A stretch of 64,000 nucleotides of DNA from Narcine bancroftii (GCF_036971445.1 NC_091472.1:225928001-225992000); one strand, 5' to 3'. Numbered from the stretch's first letter, positions 12,716 through 25,539 are shown. Notes: generated from the letters alone by a model not told the origin. A program made the numbers and translations.

Positions 12716-13326
12716 TGGAAGCTGCAGGGTTGGCGGCACTTATGGGCTTGCACTCCCCAACGCTGATGATAAAAGTATCAGGACAAATGGTTCTCTTCTG
12801 GCTTGTGCTTGGGGGCGGCTTGCGGTCAACTGGTTCCTGGTCTTGAAACCTGGTTGAGTGCTGCCAGAGGGCGTCCGCTCGGGCTGTGACCTTACATGGG
12901 TCCGCAAAATCTTCATCTGCTAGGAGCAGCTGGATATCCTCCTGCATTTGTTCGAGGAAAATCTGGCAGAAGAGGAAACAAGGTTTATGATCTTCCGCCA
13001 GGGCCAGCATTTCGTCCATTAACGCTGATGGGCTGCTGTCCCCAAGATCCTGGAAGCCTGTTGCTTGGGGGGCGAGGCCAGAAGTCCTCAGGAGCAAGTT
13101 CTTGAGGGTGGTATATTTACCCTCAGCCGGAGGATGATGGATGAGGTTGTCCACCTTGGCTGCTGTGTCTTGATCCAGCACGCTCACAACGTGGTAAAAC
13201 ATCGTGGCATCCGCTGAGGTTTCTAAGGTGGAATTGCGCTTTCGCCTGCCCAAACCACGTCCGCAGGCGATGGGTTCAGAAGGGGGGAAGCTTGATTGCC
13301 ACGGCATTAACCTCAGCTGAATCCAT
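12700..13326 (-). pseudogene. gag: Gypsy gag
   Basis: Homologous to 6518-7172 (TMFYHVV..LD, LGD..PSALMDEMLALA, FYHQRWG.QAHKCRQPC). Confidence 0.85.
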
Positions 13327-13685
13327 GTCTTTGAGTCCAGAAAGGCATCTGGGCTCATTGGGGTCACCACTGTGACGCACTGCACAGTTGAAGAAAGCAC
13401 AGCCACCACATTGAGAGTCGTTAACGACTGTTTATTTGAATTTAATGTGCGCCCCTTTAACGGCAGTGCTGGCTCAATCACCACATGCGTGGTGATATCA
13501 TAATCACTGCCTGAGGCGTGCGCTGAAAGGGAGGTTTGAGTCAGGAAGAACCCCTGACAGTGCCATTTTCCTTTGGCTGCCCCACCACATGGTGTTATAC
13601 ACGGGGCCAGTTCGCCGCCACAGTTCCTTACATTTAGCAGTGTTTTCCAATCATCACAAGATGAAGAGAACAAGAGATGGCACCT

Positions 13686-13963
13686 TGTTGGGCACTACCA
13701 GTTACCTCAATAATTACAGAGACAAAGACTGAGGGGAACGATAGGCTTTATTAAACAAGAGACTGCTGGCCTGCCCTCCTGGTGACTTCTGGTCCTTGAT
13801 TCCTCCCTGATCCCCCCCATGTGACCCAGACCATAAAGGTCAAATCCCCTCTCCCTCTCCTCATTTTCTTAGCCTTGACCCGGGCCAGCAGTCTCGTGTG
13901 TAATAAAGCCTATCGTTCTCCTCAGTCTTTGTCTCGGTGATTATTGGGGCAACTGGTAGTGCC
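13686..13963. repeat. Inverted repeat of about 81 bp (13691-13771 vs 13883-13963): inverted R-U5 copy at the element's left end
   Basis: Manual reverse complement aligns with about 7 mismatches; the left arm starts TGTTGGG, the reverse of the LTR end CCCAACA. Confidence 0.92.
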
Positions 13964-15283
13964 AGTAATTTATTATACAAGATTTTGAAGGTCTCTGGTA
14001 ATGGAGAAGTTGCTGTGCCCCGAATGGCTAGAGGTAGCCCCCCAAGTCCCGGGTGTATCTGAACTCTTTGAACAACTTTAATAATTCCTCATTGCCGCCG
14101 CCGAAGTAGTCAACTCCGATGAGAAGAAGCTGAAGGTCCTACAGCTGTGAGTCGGCCAAAGGGCTTTCCAGGCCATCCAAAGCAGCATGACCTACGTCGA
14201 GGCGATGGCTGAACTGCGGACGCTGTACAAGCCAAAGGTGAACGAAATCTACTCCCGTTACCTGCTGGCATCCCGAAAACAACAGTCCGCTGAAGAGTTC
14301 ATTCAATGGTTGGTCACACTGGGAAGAGACTGTTTGGAGAACCCCATGGCCACAATATCATTGACTAAGTGCATGGAAGATCTGGTCTGAGACACCTGTG
14401 TGTCGGGAATGAGGTCAGATTATATCCAACAACTTCTCCTCGAGGAGGATCAACTCCCGCTAAAAAGGGCGATTCGACTGATCAGAACTCTAGATTCGGC
14501 TCAGCGCCACACGGAGTTGATTGCGGGCAGAAGTGGGCCTACCATGAACGTTCTGCCACAATGGCCGCCATCCTGGGACTCAGCATTGGGGGTTACCGAC
14601 CTGACCACTGCTGTGGTGACACTGGCATCGTCGAGATGCAATTTCTGTGAGCAGGCTAGGCACTCGAGGTGCTTCTGCCCCGCGAAAGCAGCCACCTACT
14701 CGGGTTGCGGGAAGAAGGGCCATCACCAGAAGGTCTGTAGGTCCAGAACCCTGTCCAGGAGCAGGCAGTGTATGTGCATGAGGAACTTCCGGTGCCGACC
14801 GTATGCGCGGTAAGGGGGGGGGGTGCATTCTTACCTGCTACCGCTCCCAATCTATACACCGGAGCCTACCACATGGATGACATCACTTCTGCCCGCAACG
14901 ACTCAACTTCCCCCTTCTTCTCTGACGAGGGTAGCGAGGTCAACATGGAGGTTGCCATCTTGGGCGGGCTTCCCCACCGATGAGGAGGAGGAGGAGATGC
15001 CTGTCCTGGGATCAGTAACCCTGGACCAAGCCAGCCCTCACCTGATCACAAACTCCATGATGCAGATCTTTTCTTTTTAAACTTTATTTATTCGTTCAAA
15101 AAACAAATAATATATGACATATACAGCAATTAAACATGAACATGAACATTTTTTTATATATATGTAAAAAAAGAAAAGAAAAGATCGCCCGACCCCTTCA
15201 GCCAACTCTCCTAAGGAGAGCCATAAAAAAAGAAAAAAGAAAGAATATTTAAAAAAAAGTTAAATATAAATATTAAAATCTAA

Positions 15284-18200
15284 TCAATATAAATGGAAAT
15301 GTAAATATTCCGAGTATAACAACCACTTATTAATAAAAAAATATAATTATCATGCGAAACATATGTAATTTTTTCCTTTATTAAACAGTATTTCATCTCA
15401 TTATGTCATCTATTAATATCAATCATATTTGTATCTTTCCACGTAGTAGCAATACATTTTTTTTGCTACAGATAAAGCTAAATATACAAAAACAAGCTGA
15501 AACTTATCTAATCCCAAGCTTTTCAGAGGTTGCAAACTACCCAATAAAAATACTGTTGGATCTAAAACTATTTTAATCTTATACAGATATTCTAAAAACG
15601 ATTGAATTTTCTTCCAAAGAGATTGTATATATATACATGACCGAACAGCATGAAAAAAAGTTCCAACCGTATCACCACATGTTAAACACAAATCTGATTC
15701 ATTAAAACCATATTTTAAAAAATTTTTTGGGTGTCAAATATAATTGATGTAAAAAATTGTAATAAATAATTGCATAACGTGCATTTATCAATCTAGTTAC
15801 ACTATCATAACAAATATCTAACCAATTCTCTTCAGAAAAAGTAAAACCAATATCCGCTTCCCATTTAATTTTAGATCTATCCCAACTCTTTTTATCCATA
15901 CCATCCTGTAATATTTGACACATAAATGAAATATATCCCTTCTCTGGTACCTTCATAAGAGAAGTCTCAAATTTAGTCATTTTAGGTAAAATCATATCTC
16001 AACCAGACATACATTTTACCAAAGATCAAATTTGATAATAAAGAAATAAAGAATTCTTATCAATTCCAAAATCTTCACTCATCTGATTAAAAGATAAAAA
16101 CTTACCCTCTTTAAAACAATCTCCCAAATTTTTCACACCTTTAAATCTTTGATTATGTATTGAAAAAGAAATGTTGATTATTATACAACGGAGTCAAAGC
16201 CAATAATTTACCCCTAGAACCTATCATTTTATTTTTCTTTATCCATAACTTCATTAAATGTTTTAGTATAGCCACATTATATTGTTGTAACAAATTCATA
16301 TTCCACCTAAACAAAAATTGATGTATTTCAAACTCAGAAATACTTGCCTCCTCAATGTTAGACCAACTCGGAGGCCGTACCAAATCCATCAATGAACTAA
16401 TAAATTTAAGTTGGGCTGCTTCATAATAATTTTGAAAATGTGGTAAACTTAATCCCCCTAACTCATATTTCCAAGTTAATTTATTCAAAGCTACTCTTGA
16501 AAATTTACCCCTCCATAAAAACTCCCTAATCATTTTATTCAAATCTCGAAAAAAAAATTTATCAAGTAAATACGGAATAGATTGAAACAAATATTGTATA
16601 TGCGGAAAGATATTCATCTTAATTGTATTTATCCTTCCCATTAAATTAATAGGTAAATCTTTCCATTTAATCAAATCAGTTTTAATTTTTTTCATTAACA
16701 GAGTATAATTTAATTTATATAAAGATTGATAATTAACATTAAAAATTATACCCAGATATTTAATTCGATCAGTCCACTTCAAATTAATAATATTCTTATA
16801 AACTGAATAATCTCCTTCACTGACTGGTAATATTTCACTTTTTTCCCAATTAACTTTATATCCAGAAAGACATCCATATTGTATTAAACATTCCTTCAAA
16901 TGCAAAAGTAACTGAGCTGGATTTGTTAAATACACCAATACATCATCAGCAAATAAATTAATTTTATATTCCTCATCTAAAACTTTCTTACCTTGTATCT
17001 GTGTATTTTGTCTTATCAACTGTGCTAAAGGTTGAATCACTAATGCAAACAAAACTGGTGATAAAGGACAACCTTGACGAGTTGATCGAGTTAAATTAAA
17101 AGTTTCCAAAATCAAACCATTCGTCAATACTCTAGCTACTGGTTTACTATATAGAGCCCTAATCCAACCAATAAAAGAAGGACCAAACTTAAATTTCTCC
17201 AAAACTTTAAACAAAAAATTCCATTCAACTCTATCAAATGCTTTTTCTGCATCTAAGGATATCACCATCGGATGATCTAAAAATTGTCAAAATCTATTAA
17301 TCAAACTAATCACTCTCAAAATATTATCTGAAGCATATCTATACTTTATAAAACCTGTTTGATCAATATATATCAACTATGGTAAAAATTTAGCCAATCT
17401 ATTCGCTAATACTTTAGCTATTATTTTATAATCTACATTTAACAATGAAATTGGTCTATATGAAGGTACCTTCAAAGGAACTCTATCTTTTTTCTAGGAA
17501 TTACTGTAATTAAAGCACTAGAACAAGACTCAGGTAAATCATAATATTCTCCAACTTGATGTAATACATCCCCAAACACTAGATAAATCATCATTAAAAA
17601 ATTTATAAAATTCAACCAAAAATCCATCATCACCAGGCAATTTACCATTTGGCATTTCCAGCATAGCCATTTTAATTTCCGAATCAGTAAATGGTTTTTC
17701 TAACTCCTGTATATCTTCATTCTCTAATATCGATAAATTCAACTGTGATATAGTCCTCGATATCTGTTCTTTCTTTAATTGCCACGTCAATACTTTGTAT
17801 GCTTTCTCTCCCCATTCATAATACCATTGTTTAGTCCTATTAATCACACATTCAAATTGATAAGATTGCAAGGTATTATATTTCAATTTCAGCCTAGATA
17901 ATTCTATTTTCTGATCTTCTATAGCATCTTTCTGAAATTCCTTTTCTAACTCATTGATCTGTTTCTCTAATTCAAAACTCTGATTTAATCGATTCTTTTT
18001 TATTTTAGAAGTATAACTAATTATTTGTCCTCTCAAATAGGCTTTCATAGCATCCCATAATATAAACTTACTTTGAACAGATTTAGAATTTTCTTTCAAA
18101 TAAAAATTAATTTGTTTTTTCAAAAAAATCAATAAATTCCATATTTTTTAACAACATTGTATTAAATCTCCAACGATAAGCTATTTGAATTTTCTCAGAA

Positions 18201-18903
18201 GTTTCATATGTAAAATATAACAGAGAATGATCTGAAATCACCCTACTTTTATATGTCGTTTGTTGTATTTTCCCTTGTAAATGTGCCGATACTAAAAAGA
18301 AATCAATCCTTGAAAACGATTCATGTCTAGATGAATAAAACGAAAAATCTTTCTCTGTCAGATTAAGACGTCTCCAAATATCTACTAAATTAAGATCTAT
18401 CATCAATGCTTGGACCTGGATTGCCATCTTGGATTTTTTAACTTTCTTTGGAGATTTACCTAATAAAGGTTCCAAAACACAATTAAAATCACCACCAACT
18501 AAAATATTATCATTAGCTTGACCCAAACATAAAAATACACCTGAAATAAATACTTCATCATCTGCATTTGGAGCATAAATATTAAGTAAAGTCCAAAATT
18601 CACTAAAAATCTTACAATTCAATTTAAGAATACATCCTGCCTTTTTCTCCATTGATTGTAATTCAAAAGATAAATTTTTATGTATAAAATTGCTACACCT
18701 TTAGCTCTAGAATGAAATGAAGAAAAATATACTTGCTCAACCCAATCCCTTTTTAATTTCACACTCTCCTTCCCATTCAAATGTGTTTCTTGTAAAAAGG
18801 CAATATCAATTTTCATTTTCTTAATATATGCCAAGACTTGCTCACGTTTAATCTAACTATTTAATCCTCGAACATTAAAAGTAGCAAACCTCAACTTTGA
18901 CAT
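15284..18903 (-). pseudogene. L1 ORF2 (APE endonuclease, RT, Cys-rich C-terminus), frameshifted
   Basis: Starts MSKLRFATFNVRGLN; LQETH, GGDFN, SRIDFF, ISDH, SLDAEKAFDRV, TRQGCPLSP, LFADD, YLGI. Confidence 0.95.
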
Positions 18904-19255
18904 TTCTACTATTATTACTAAATACCAATAATATCTTTATATAAAAGCTCAAATCAATGTATATCGGCCCTCCAATAAAAAAAATCACAAATTAAAAACT
19001 AAGAAAAAAGTAAAACAAATTAAAAACAAAACAATAAAAAAATCCCCCCCCCCAAAAAAAACTACCAAAAGGTAGTAATCCCCTAAACAAAAATTGGGTG
19101 TGGATCACCCACCAGTGGCTGATGACTAGTAAAGAACTTAATGCAAATCTCCCCCTCCCCAGCCAAACAATCAGTAACATGCAAGTATCATAATAACAAA
19201 AGAAAAAAAAATAAGAAAATTCTTCTTTTCATCCAAAAGACTCCAATCTCGAAGA

Positions 19256-20523
19256 TCACATTTCGGAAGGAGGTGGACTCTTTCTATTCCCATTTTTCCC
19301 ATTTCTTCCATTTCCAGAACTACCAAATTTTTCTTTAGGAGATAATGGTGGGCTACATCTTTGTCCTCTTATATCCAGCAATGAGTCAACAAAAATCATG
19401 GCTTCACAATCAGTTTCAAAAAACCGAAATTGATAGTCTCCGTAAAAGACCTTCAACACTGCAGGGTAACGAGAAATAGACTTATAACCTTTACGCCACA
19501 AAACTTCTGTAACTGGATTAAATCGAAGTCGACGTTGAATGACATCTTGACTCAGATCAGGATAAAAAAAAGACTCTACTATTCTGAATCAATAATGGGG
19601 TTTGTCATTGTCTCACATTTTGTACTGCAAGTCGAAGTATTACTTCTCTATCCAAATAACTCAAACATCAAATTATTACCGGTCTCAGGGGGTGACCAGC
19701 TGAGGGTATTCTTCTTAAAGCTCTATGGGCTCTTTCCAGCGCCAATCCCCCAGAGAAAAATTCTTGCCTTAATATTTGCGGAATCCAGTCTTTAAAGAAA
19801 TGAAGAGGGTCTTGTCCTTCTATACCTTCTGGCAAACCACAATTTTCACATTATTTCTTCTGCTTTGATTTTCCAAATAATCTATTTTTCTTTTGAGCTC
19901 CTTCTCACAATCTCCTAATTCTATGACTGATTTTTCCATCTTCAACACTTTTTCTGTGTTAGAAGTCACTTGTTTGCTGTCCAAAAAAGCAGTCTGAAAT
20001 TTTTTAAATTCTTCGTAAGATGCATCCACACGTGTCTTAATCATATTTAATTCTGAACTTATACCAGCATTCATTTGAACCATCGCATTCATTAGAGATG
20101 TCAACATAGGTTGAATAACTGCATTTAATTGCATACCTTGTGAATCCGTAAATCTCAGCTCTGCTCTCTCTGACATGGTGGCAGAACAAGGTAACTGCAG
20201 CTCCTGCTGCAATTCAACAAAAGGCATTTTAAAAGATTTACTGCAGATCTGGACTCCCAGCGATGGCATCTCGACTTCTTCAGGGAGTCGCCGCCCATCT
20301 CCCCCCGCATCTTGTTGTCTTCTCATCCATTCGCGAAGAAAAACGATTTCTTCAGATTGTAATGCTGCCTGATGCATTTCCTTTTCAGCCTCCACAGGTG
20401 ATCCTTGGGATTTAGGCAATAAGGAAATTGAGCCTGGGGCTGTTTCAAGTCATCTAGGCCCCAGATCTTCAGCACTTCGAAAATGTATTTTCTTTTGAAC
20501 TTGAGATTTAGTCTTTTTACCAT
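19256..20523 (-). pseudogene. L1 ORF1 (coiled coil + RRM/CTD), frameshifted
   Basis: LENQSRRNNVKIV and RYPAVLKV motifs upstream of ORF2. Confidence 0.85.
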
Positions 20524-21269
20524 TAGTGGTCATAATAATTCCTTAATACTTTAAACTAAAATTGAAAAAGTTTAAACTTGGAAACAAAGGATTAAAAAAA
20601 TGGGTATTTAAAAGTCTGGCCAGAGAGGTTGAGATTGCACGTCTAGACTCTACGCCATCTTGCCACGCCCCCCTCCATAATGCAGATCGAGGTGAATGGG
20701 CATAAAACAAACTACCTTTTTGACAGCGGCAGTACCGAAAATTTTGTCCATCCCGCCGTGGTCAACAGACTCTCCCTACCTGTCAGGCCGATGACTGGAT
20801 TGGTACAATTGCAGCGAAGGACCAACAAACTTGTATCCGGGAGTACTGTGTAGCATCTCTTACAGTGGTGGGGGGGGGAATGTTATAATGATTTTGTATT
20901 GTTGATCATGCCCCAGCTTGGTGCGCCGATTCTCCTGGGCCTCGACTTCCACAGTCAGTTCAGGAGTGTGATGATGGCATTTGGGGGCCCCCAACCACCG
21001 CTGACTGTTCACAATCCCCAGCTCTCGGACATCCCCCCCCCCAACCAAGCACCCAGTCTCCAGCACCGTCCTGTACCATGCACACAGCCATCATCCTCTT
21101 CCTTTATTTGGTAATATACATTGTACATATGTACCAAAATTCTTACTTGCTGCAGCCAAACAGGTACTTAACAAAAAACTCAACAGTAGTATTCATTCAA
21201 TTAAATTGAAAAGAGATAATACAAAAGATAGGCAGATAATAAATATTCCCAGTTCTGTCATACAAAATG

Positions 21270-21518
21270 GAGTGGCATAGAGAGTGTAGCGGTTAGCACA
21301 ACACTTTTACAGTGTCAGTGACCCAGGTCGAATCCTTCACTGTCTGTAAGGAGTTTGTACATCTTCCTGTGTCTGCGTGTGTTTTCTTTGGGTGCTCTGG
21401 TTTCCTCCCACCCTCCAAAACATACAGGGGTTGTAGATTAATTGGGGTATTTGGCCTGCATGGGCTCATGGGCCGAAGGGCCTGTTAACATGCTGTATGT
21501 CTAAATTGAAATTTTAAA
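21270..21518 (+). mobile_element. tRNA-derived V-SINE
   Basis: A/B-box-like head and V-domain gtaaggagtttgta...gtgtctgcgtg...ggtttcctccca; tail gctgtatgtctaaatt. Confidence 0.85.
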
Positions 21519-21651
21519 AAGAAATATAGATAGTCACATATTTGTTGGGACACATAAAGATTTTTTTTTGTTCGCCAGTCTACTTCTGGACATCAGCATT
21601 GACAATCTTTCCTCCACTGATGCTGCTCGACCTGCTGAGTTCCTCCAGCAG

Positions 21652-22041
21652 ATGGTGGGGCAGGTAATAGAGTAGCCGCTACACAACTCCAGCAACAAAG
21701 CTTCATTTGTGACTTGATTAATCAGTGTGCACCACACCCATTACTGCCACACACCTTGGTGTTGATTCTCCAGCCCCGGCTCTGGCTCATGAGCTGGCGC
21801 GGAGTTCAGGTTCATTCCTTTGGGAAAAGAGAGCCAACCGCTGCACGTGTCAGGTTTTATACCCCGCTGCTGGTCAGTGGGATCAGCCCAGGTGATTAGA
21901 GCCAGTGGCAATCTGTGTGATCTTTTGAAGAGGCCAATTACAAGGTGAGTACTCACGATGGGTGGTCTTGACCTTGATTGACAAATGTGGTGGCTTCTGA
22001 CCAGGTTCCTGCCGGAGAGGTCACATGACCCTCTACACTAT
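21652..22041 (-). mobile_element. Probable decayed solo LTR
   Basis: End ccctctacacta and internal gcccaggt..ttag resemble 769-1422; minus-strand TATAAAA near 21857; termini and TSD unclear. Confidence 0.4.
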
Positions 22042-22739
22042 GTGGGTCTGGGGGAGAGTCCATGGGAACGTGAGGAGGATAAAATGGGTTTTAGGGTAGG
22101 ATGAAAGTAAATGGATGGTTGATGGTCAGCATGGAATTGGTGGGTTGAGTGGACTGTGTCCATGTCTTATTTCTCTATATCCCGAATTCCAAAGATGTCC
22201 CACCCACTAGTTGAAAAGATTTCATCTTACCTTAGTGCAGTATGGCCAAACATTTATCCTGCGACTGTGACGTTCCCTCCTGGATAATGCCACCCCCGTG
22301 CAGAGACTCTCCTCTGTGGCGATACTCCCAGTCACTTGTTTCAGTCTTTTCATTGACCATTTATAGAAATAGAAACCAAAAGCATGCTTCATTGGCACAT
22401 CCTACCTGCCCAATGTTAAATTAACCACAAAAGGGAGGCACTTTTGCCAATGGGAAGTTCAATTTATTTCTTGTGAGTCAACTGGCAGAAAAAGTATGGG
22501 AAAGAAAATTTTTTGTATTCTCATAGAGATGTATATTATTTATAGAAGTCTCGTGAAGTTGACATTATTAGTTTAGTTAAAAAAATCCAATAAAATATGT
22601 TGAAGCTAAACATATCCCAGAGCAAAAGCAGAATGATTGCAAACCTGCAAAATGCCTTTTTAAGAAAAAAAAGTTTTCTGAAAGATTCTCCTCACACAGA
22701 TGCCACGACCCACACTTAAAACAAATCCTCTTTCACTGC

Positions 22740-23300
22740 AACCTGCTAAAAACTCTTTCTGATCTTTTTTTGCTCCTCACTTCTCACCTTTGGTGCCAGC
22801 AATTTCATCTCTCTAAGCCCTCCTCTCTGCCCAAAGCTGTCCTTCTCTCTCATGAACCAATTGACAAAGGTCTTCATGGACATCTTCAACACCTCACTGC
22901 AGCAGTCCATCATTCCTGCAGGGTTCAAGACAGCCTCCATCATCCCCGTATCCACACTGTGTAAACCCTCCCACTTCCTGAAGTCAATGAGAAGCTCCTT
23001 CATTTTGTTGACATGTAGGGAGAGATAGTTGGCCTGACACCATATCAAGACTCTAATCCCTTACCCCATCTCGTCTTCGTTTAAAATCTGTCCTTCAAGG
23101 GTGGTGTATTCTGCAATCATGCAGATTGGATTTGGAGCAGTATCCAGCCACACAATCATGGGTGTATAAGGAGTGTAGCAAGAGGCTGAGTACACAGCCT
23201 TGCAGGGCTCTGTCATTGTCACCAATCCTCGCTGACTGTGGTCTGCAGGTCAGGCAAATGAGGATACAGTTATAGAAGGGTTTGCTGAGACATGGGTTGA
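22740..23300. mobile_element. Rex/Babar-type LINE RT fragments in both orientations
   Basis: Plus strand 22840-22950 reads VFMDIFNTSLQQSIIPAGFKTASIIPV; minus strand 22970-23050 reads WCQANYLSLHVNKMKELLIDFRK. Confidence 0.7.
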
Positions 23301-23329
23301 GAAGTTTGAAGATTTAAATTCATTTAGGA

Positions 23330-23755
23330 CAATAACAAATCCTCTGATTAAAGGGGAAATCTTAGTAAATGAGAAAAGCTGAGAATTAACATCGACCTGG
23401 ATTTCATTCATTCCACCCCCCCCCCCCACACCGTCTCTCTCTTTTCCTATCTCTATGTCTGCACTCAGAGAGCTAACCCCTTCCCCGATCAATTTTCAGC
23501 TTTTCTCTCCTGCCCTCTATTCATGTTCACCTCTGACCTCTTGTGCTCTTGTGCCTGTGCTCCTCCCCCTTCCCCTTCTTCCCTCCTCCCCCTACCTCTT
23601 TGTTTAGGTACCTGCCTGCATTTTGCTCATAACTTGATGAAGGGCTCAGACCCACACCATTGGTTTTATATCTTAGCCTCCTCTGGATGCTGTGGGGCCG
23701 GCTGAATTTCTCTACCACTTTTGGACATTTACTGTAATCACAGTATTTGCGGATT
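23330..23755 (+). mobile_element. Penelope-like 3' remnant
   Basis: Pyrimidine-rich body and ttgatgaagggctcagaccc...ggatgctg...gctgaatttctc terminal motif. Confidence 0.6.
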
Positions 23756-23869
23756 TTTTTTTTTGTTTTACTCAAAGCCTTTGTGTGTAGCTGCATCAGG
23801 GTGAATGTGGATCCTGGATAAGAAAACACCAAGTGTGGTGAATTGCGGAGTTGCCATTTGCTCTTGTGC

Positions 23870-24250
23870 AACAAAGGATGGGTTTACCCCATTCAGTTAG
23901 ACTTTGACATACCACACAAGAGCCATTGATAGAGTAGATGATCTGAATCTTTCTCCCAGGGTGGAGGCATTGTATGCTGGAGGACTTGCTTTTTGGGGTT
24001 GGGGAGGGGAGAATTTGAGGGAGATGAGCAGGAGGAGTTGTTTTTACACAGAAAGTGGTGGGTGTCTGGAACAGGTGGAGGCAGATGCAATGGTAATGTT
24101 TGCAAGGCTTCTGGATAGAATGTAAAGGAAGTGGGCGGATATCTGTCATGTGCAAGTGGCAGAGTTATTGCTTGATTTGGACATCATGTTCAGTGTGGAC
24201 ATGTGGGCAGGAGGGGAGGGGGTGCTGTTCTGTGCTGTATTCTAAGTTCC
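23870..24250 (+). mobile_element. CR1-type LINE 3' fragment
   Basis: ttttcccagggtgg, tttttacacagaaagtggtgggtgtctggaac and ctgttctgtgctgtat resemble the CR1 3' end. Confidence 0.65.
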
Positions 24251-24914
24251 ATGCCAGAAGATAATCTACTCTGAGCAGTTAGGTCTGGCCAAATCATAAT
24301 GGAATTCCATTGCAAAGAATTTTCCACAACAGAAAGTTGCACATATCCCAATTTGCAGGACTACATGCTGTGGACACACTGAAAATTAATCCAGCCACCC
24401 TCTGCAGGGATAGGCCACCATTTGGGACTCTCTCACCATGACTGCTGAAGGATCGGAGCACATTAAAAACTCACTGATTTATTACACATGGAATGTACGT
24501 GGAAGAAAAAAACAATTGTCATGTTGCTATAACTGGAACATTAGCTTGTACTATGAGATATTTGTAGATTTTATTTGTCAAGTATGCTTTTTGGGAAAAT
24601 AGAAATTGCACTTATTTTGTACTTGGGGAAGAATCCCAACATTTAATTTCATTTGGATTGCAAACTGTTTAAGTTTGTGGATAGCAACAGAATAACTAAA
24701 TATGAACAACAGTTCTGATTGAAGCCTCGTGATCTGGTCTCCTCTGCATTCAATTGAACCTCTGTAGCACATATAGTAAACTCTCTTATATCTGCTTCCT
24801 TCCATTCCTATTAACCTCCCTCCATATTCATGATAGTTATTGCACAATTTTATCAATGAGAAGTGAATCGAGTAAATGTGGGGATGAAATATTGGGGTGG
24901 TGAAAGTTCCACAT

Positions 24915-25515
24915 GAACCTTGACACATAGTAGAGTGAAACACGAATGTCAGCAGATGCATTGATTGAAATAAAAACACAATGCCGAAGAAACTCAGCAG
25001 GTCAAANNNNNNNNNNNNNNNNNNNNNNNNNNNNNNNNNNNNNNNNNNNNNNNNNNNNNNNNNNNNNNNNNNNNNNNNNNNNNNNNNNNNNNNNNNNNNN
25101 NNNNNNNNNNNNNNNNNNNNNNNNNNNNNNNNNNNNNNNNNNNNNNNNNNNNNNNNNNNNNNNNNNNNNNNNNNNNNNNNNNNNNNCTTCATCAAGGTAT
25201 GAGCAAAATATAGGCAGGCGACTGAATAAAATGGTGGAGGGGAAGGGGGAGGAGCAGACCCACAAGCAAGGGATGATAGGTTAATAAGGGAGGAAGAACA
25301 CAACACCAAACAGGGGGAGGGGGATGGCTCTGTGAATGGAGAGGGAAGGGAATGGAGAGCTGGAGGAAAGAAGTCAGAGGGATGTGGAAGAGAGGGGGAA
25401 CGGGATGTGGTCCAGCAGAAACCGGAGAAGTCGAGTTAATGCCATCTGGTTGGGGAGTGCCCAGATGGAATATTAGGTGCTGCTCCTCCAATTTACAGGT
25501 AGCCTTGGCTTGGCA
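24915..25515 (-). mobile_element. Penelope-like remnant spanning an assembly gap
   Basis: Reverse-complement homolog of 63400-63800. Confidence 0.65.
25007..25186. other. Assembly gap (N run)
   Basis: 180 N. Confidence 1.
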
Positions 25516-25539
25516 GGATGGTACACATACTGTATGTCA

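Larger units (their letters stand above)
9768..13622 (-). mobile_element. Second CsRN1-clade-like Gypsy element; 3' LTR mostly deleted
   Basis: 5' LTR 13371-13622, PBS TGGTGACCCC at about 13360-13369, only about 42 bp of the other LTR left (9768-9809), flanks gtta/gttc, gag-pol fragments throughout. Confidence 0.93.
15069..20672 (-). mobile_element. Full-length L1-clade LINE (about 5.6 kb)
   Basis: 16-bp TSD ctccat(g/a)atgcagatc at 15053-15068 and 20673-20688; G-rich 5' end; ORF1 and ORF2; AATAAA and A-rich tail near 15069-15090. Confidence 0.96.
13686..21095 (+). mobile_element. Mag-like Gypsy element (5' LTR, gag, protease), 3' truncated and split by an L1
   Basis: LTR about 13772-13967 homologous to 52667-52901; gag from 14001 with twin zinc knuckles CNFC..H...CPAK..GCGKKGH..VC; protease LFDSGSTENF resumes after 20688. 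Confidence 0.88.

Noticed and set aside
12387-13673. 428-aa ORF as an intact gene
   Set aside because: Chimeric read-through of flank, LTR, frameshifted gag and protease.
22231-22345. Strong minus-strand donor aag|gtaaga with an upstream open frame
   Set aside because: No convincing acceptor and an in-frame stop just upstream; cannot be supported without RNA data.
24578-25309. Long ORFs here and at 30858-31337
   Set aside because: Artefacts of N runs translated as X.
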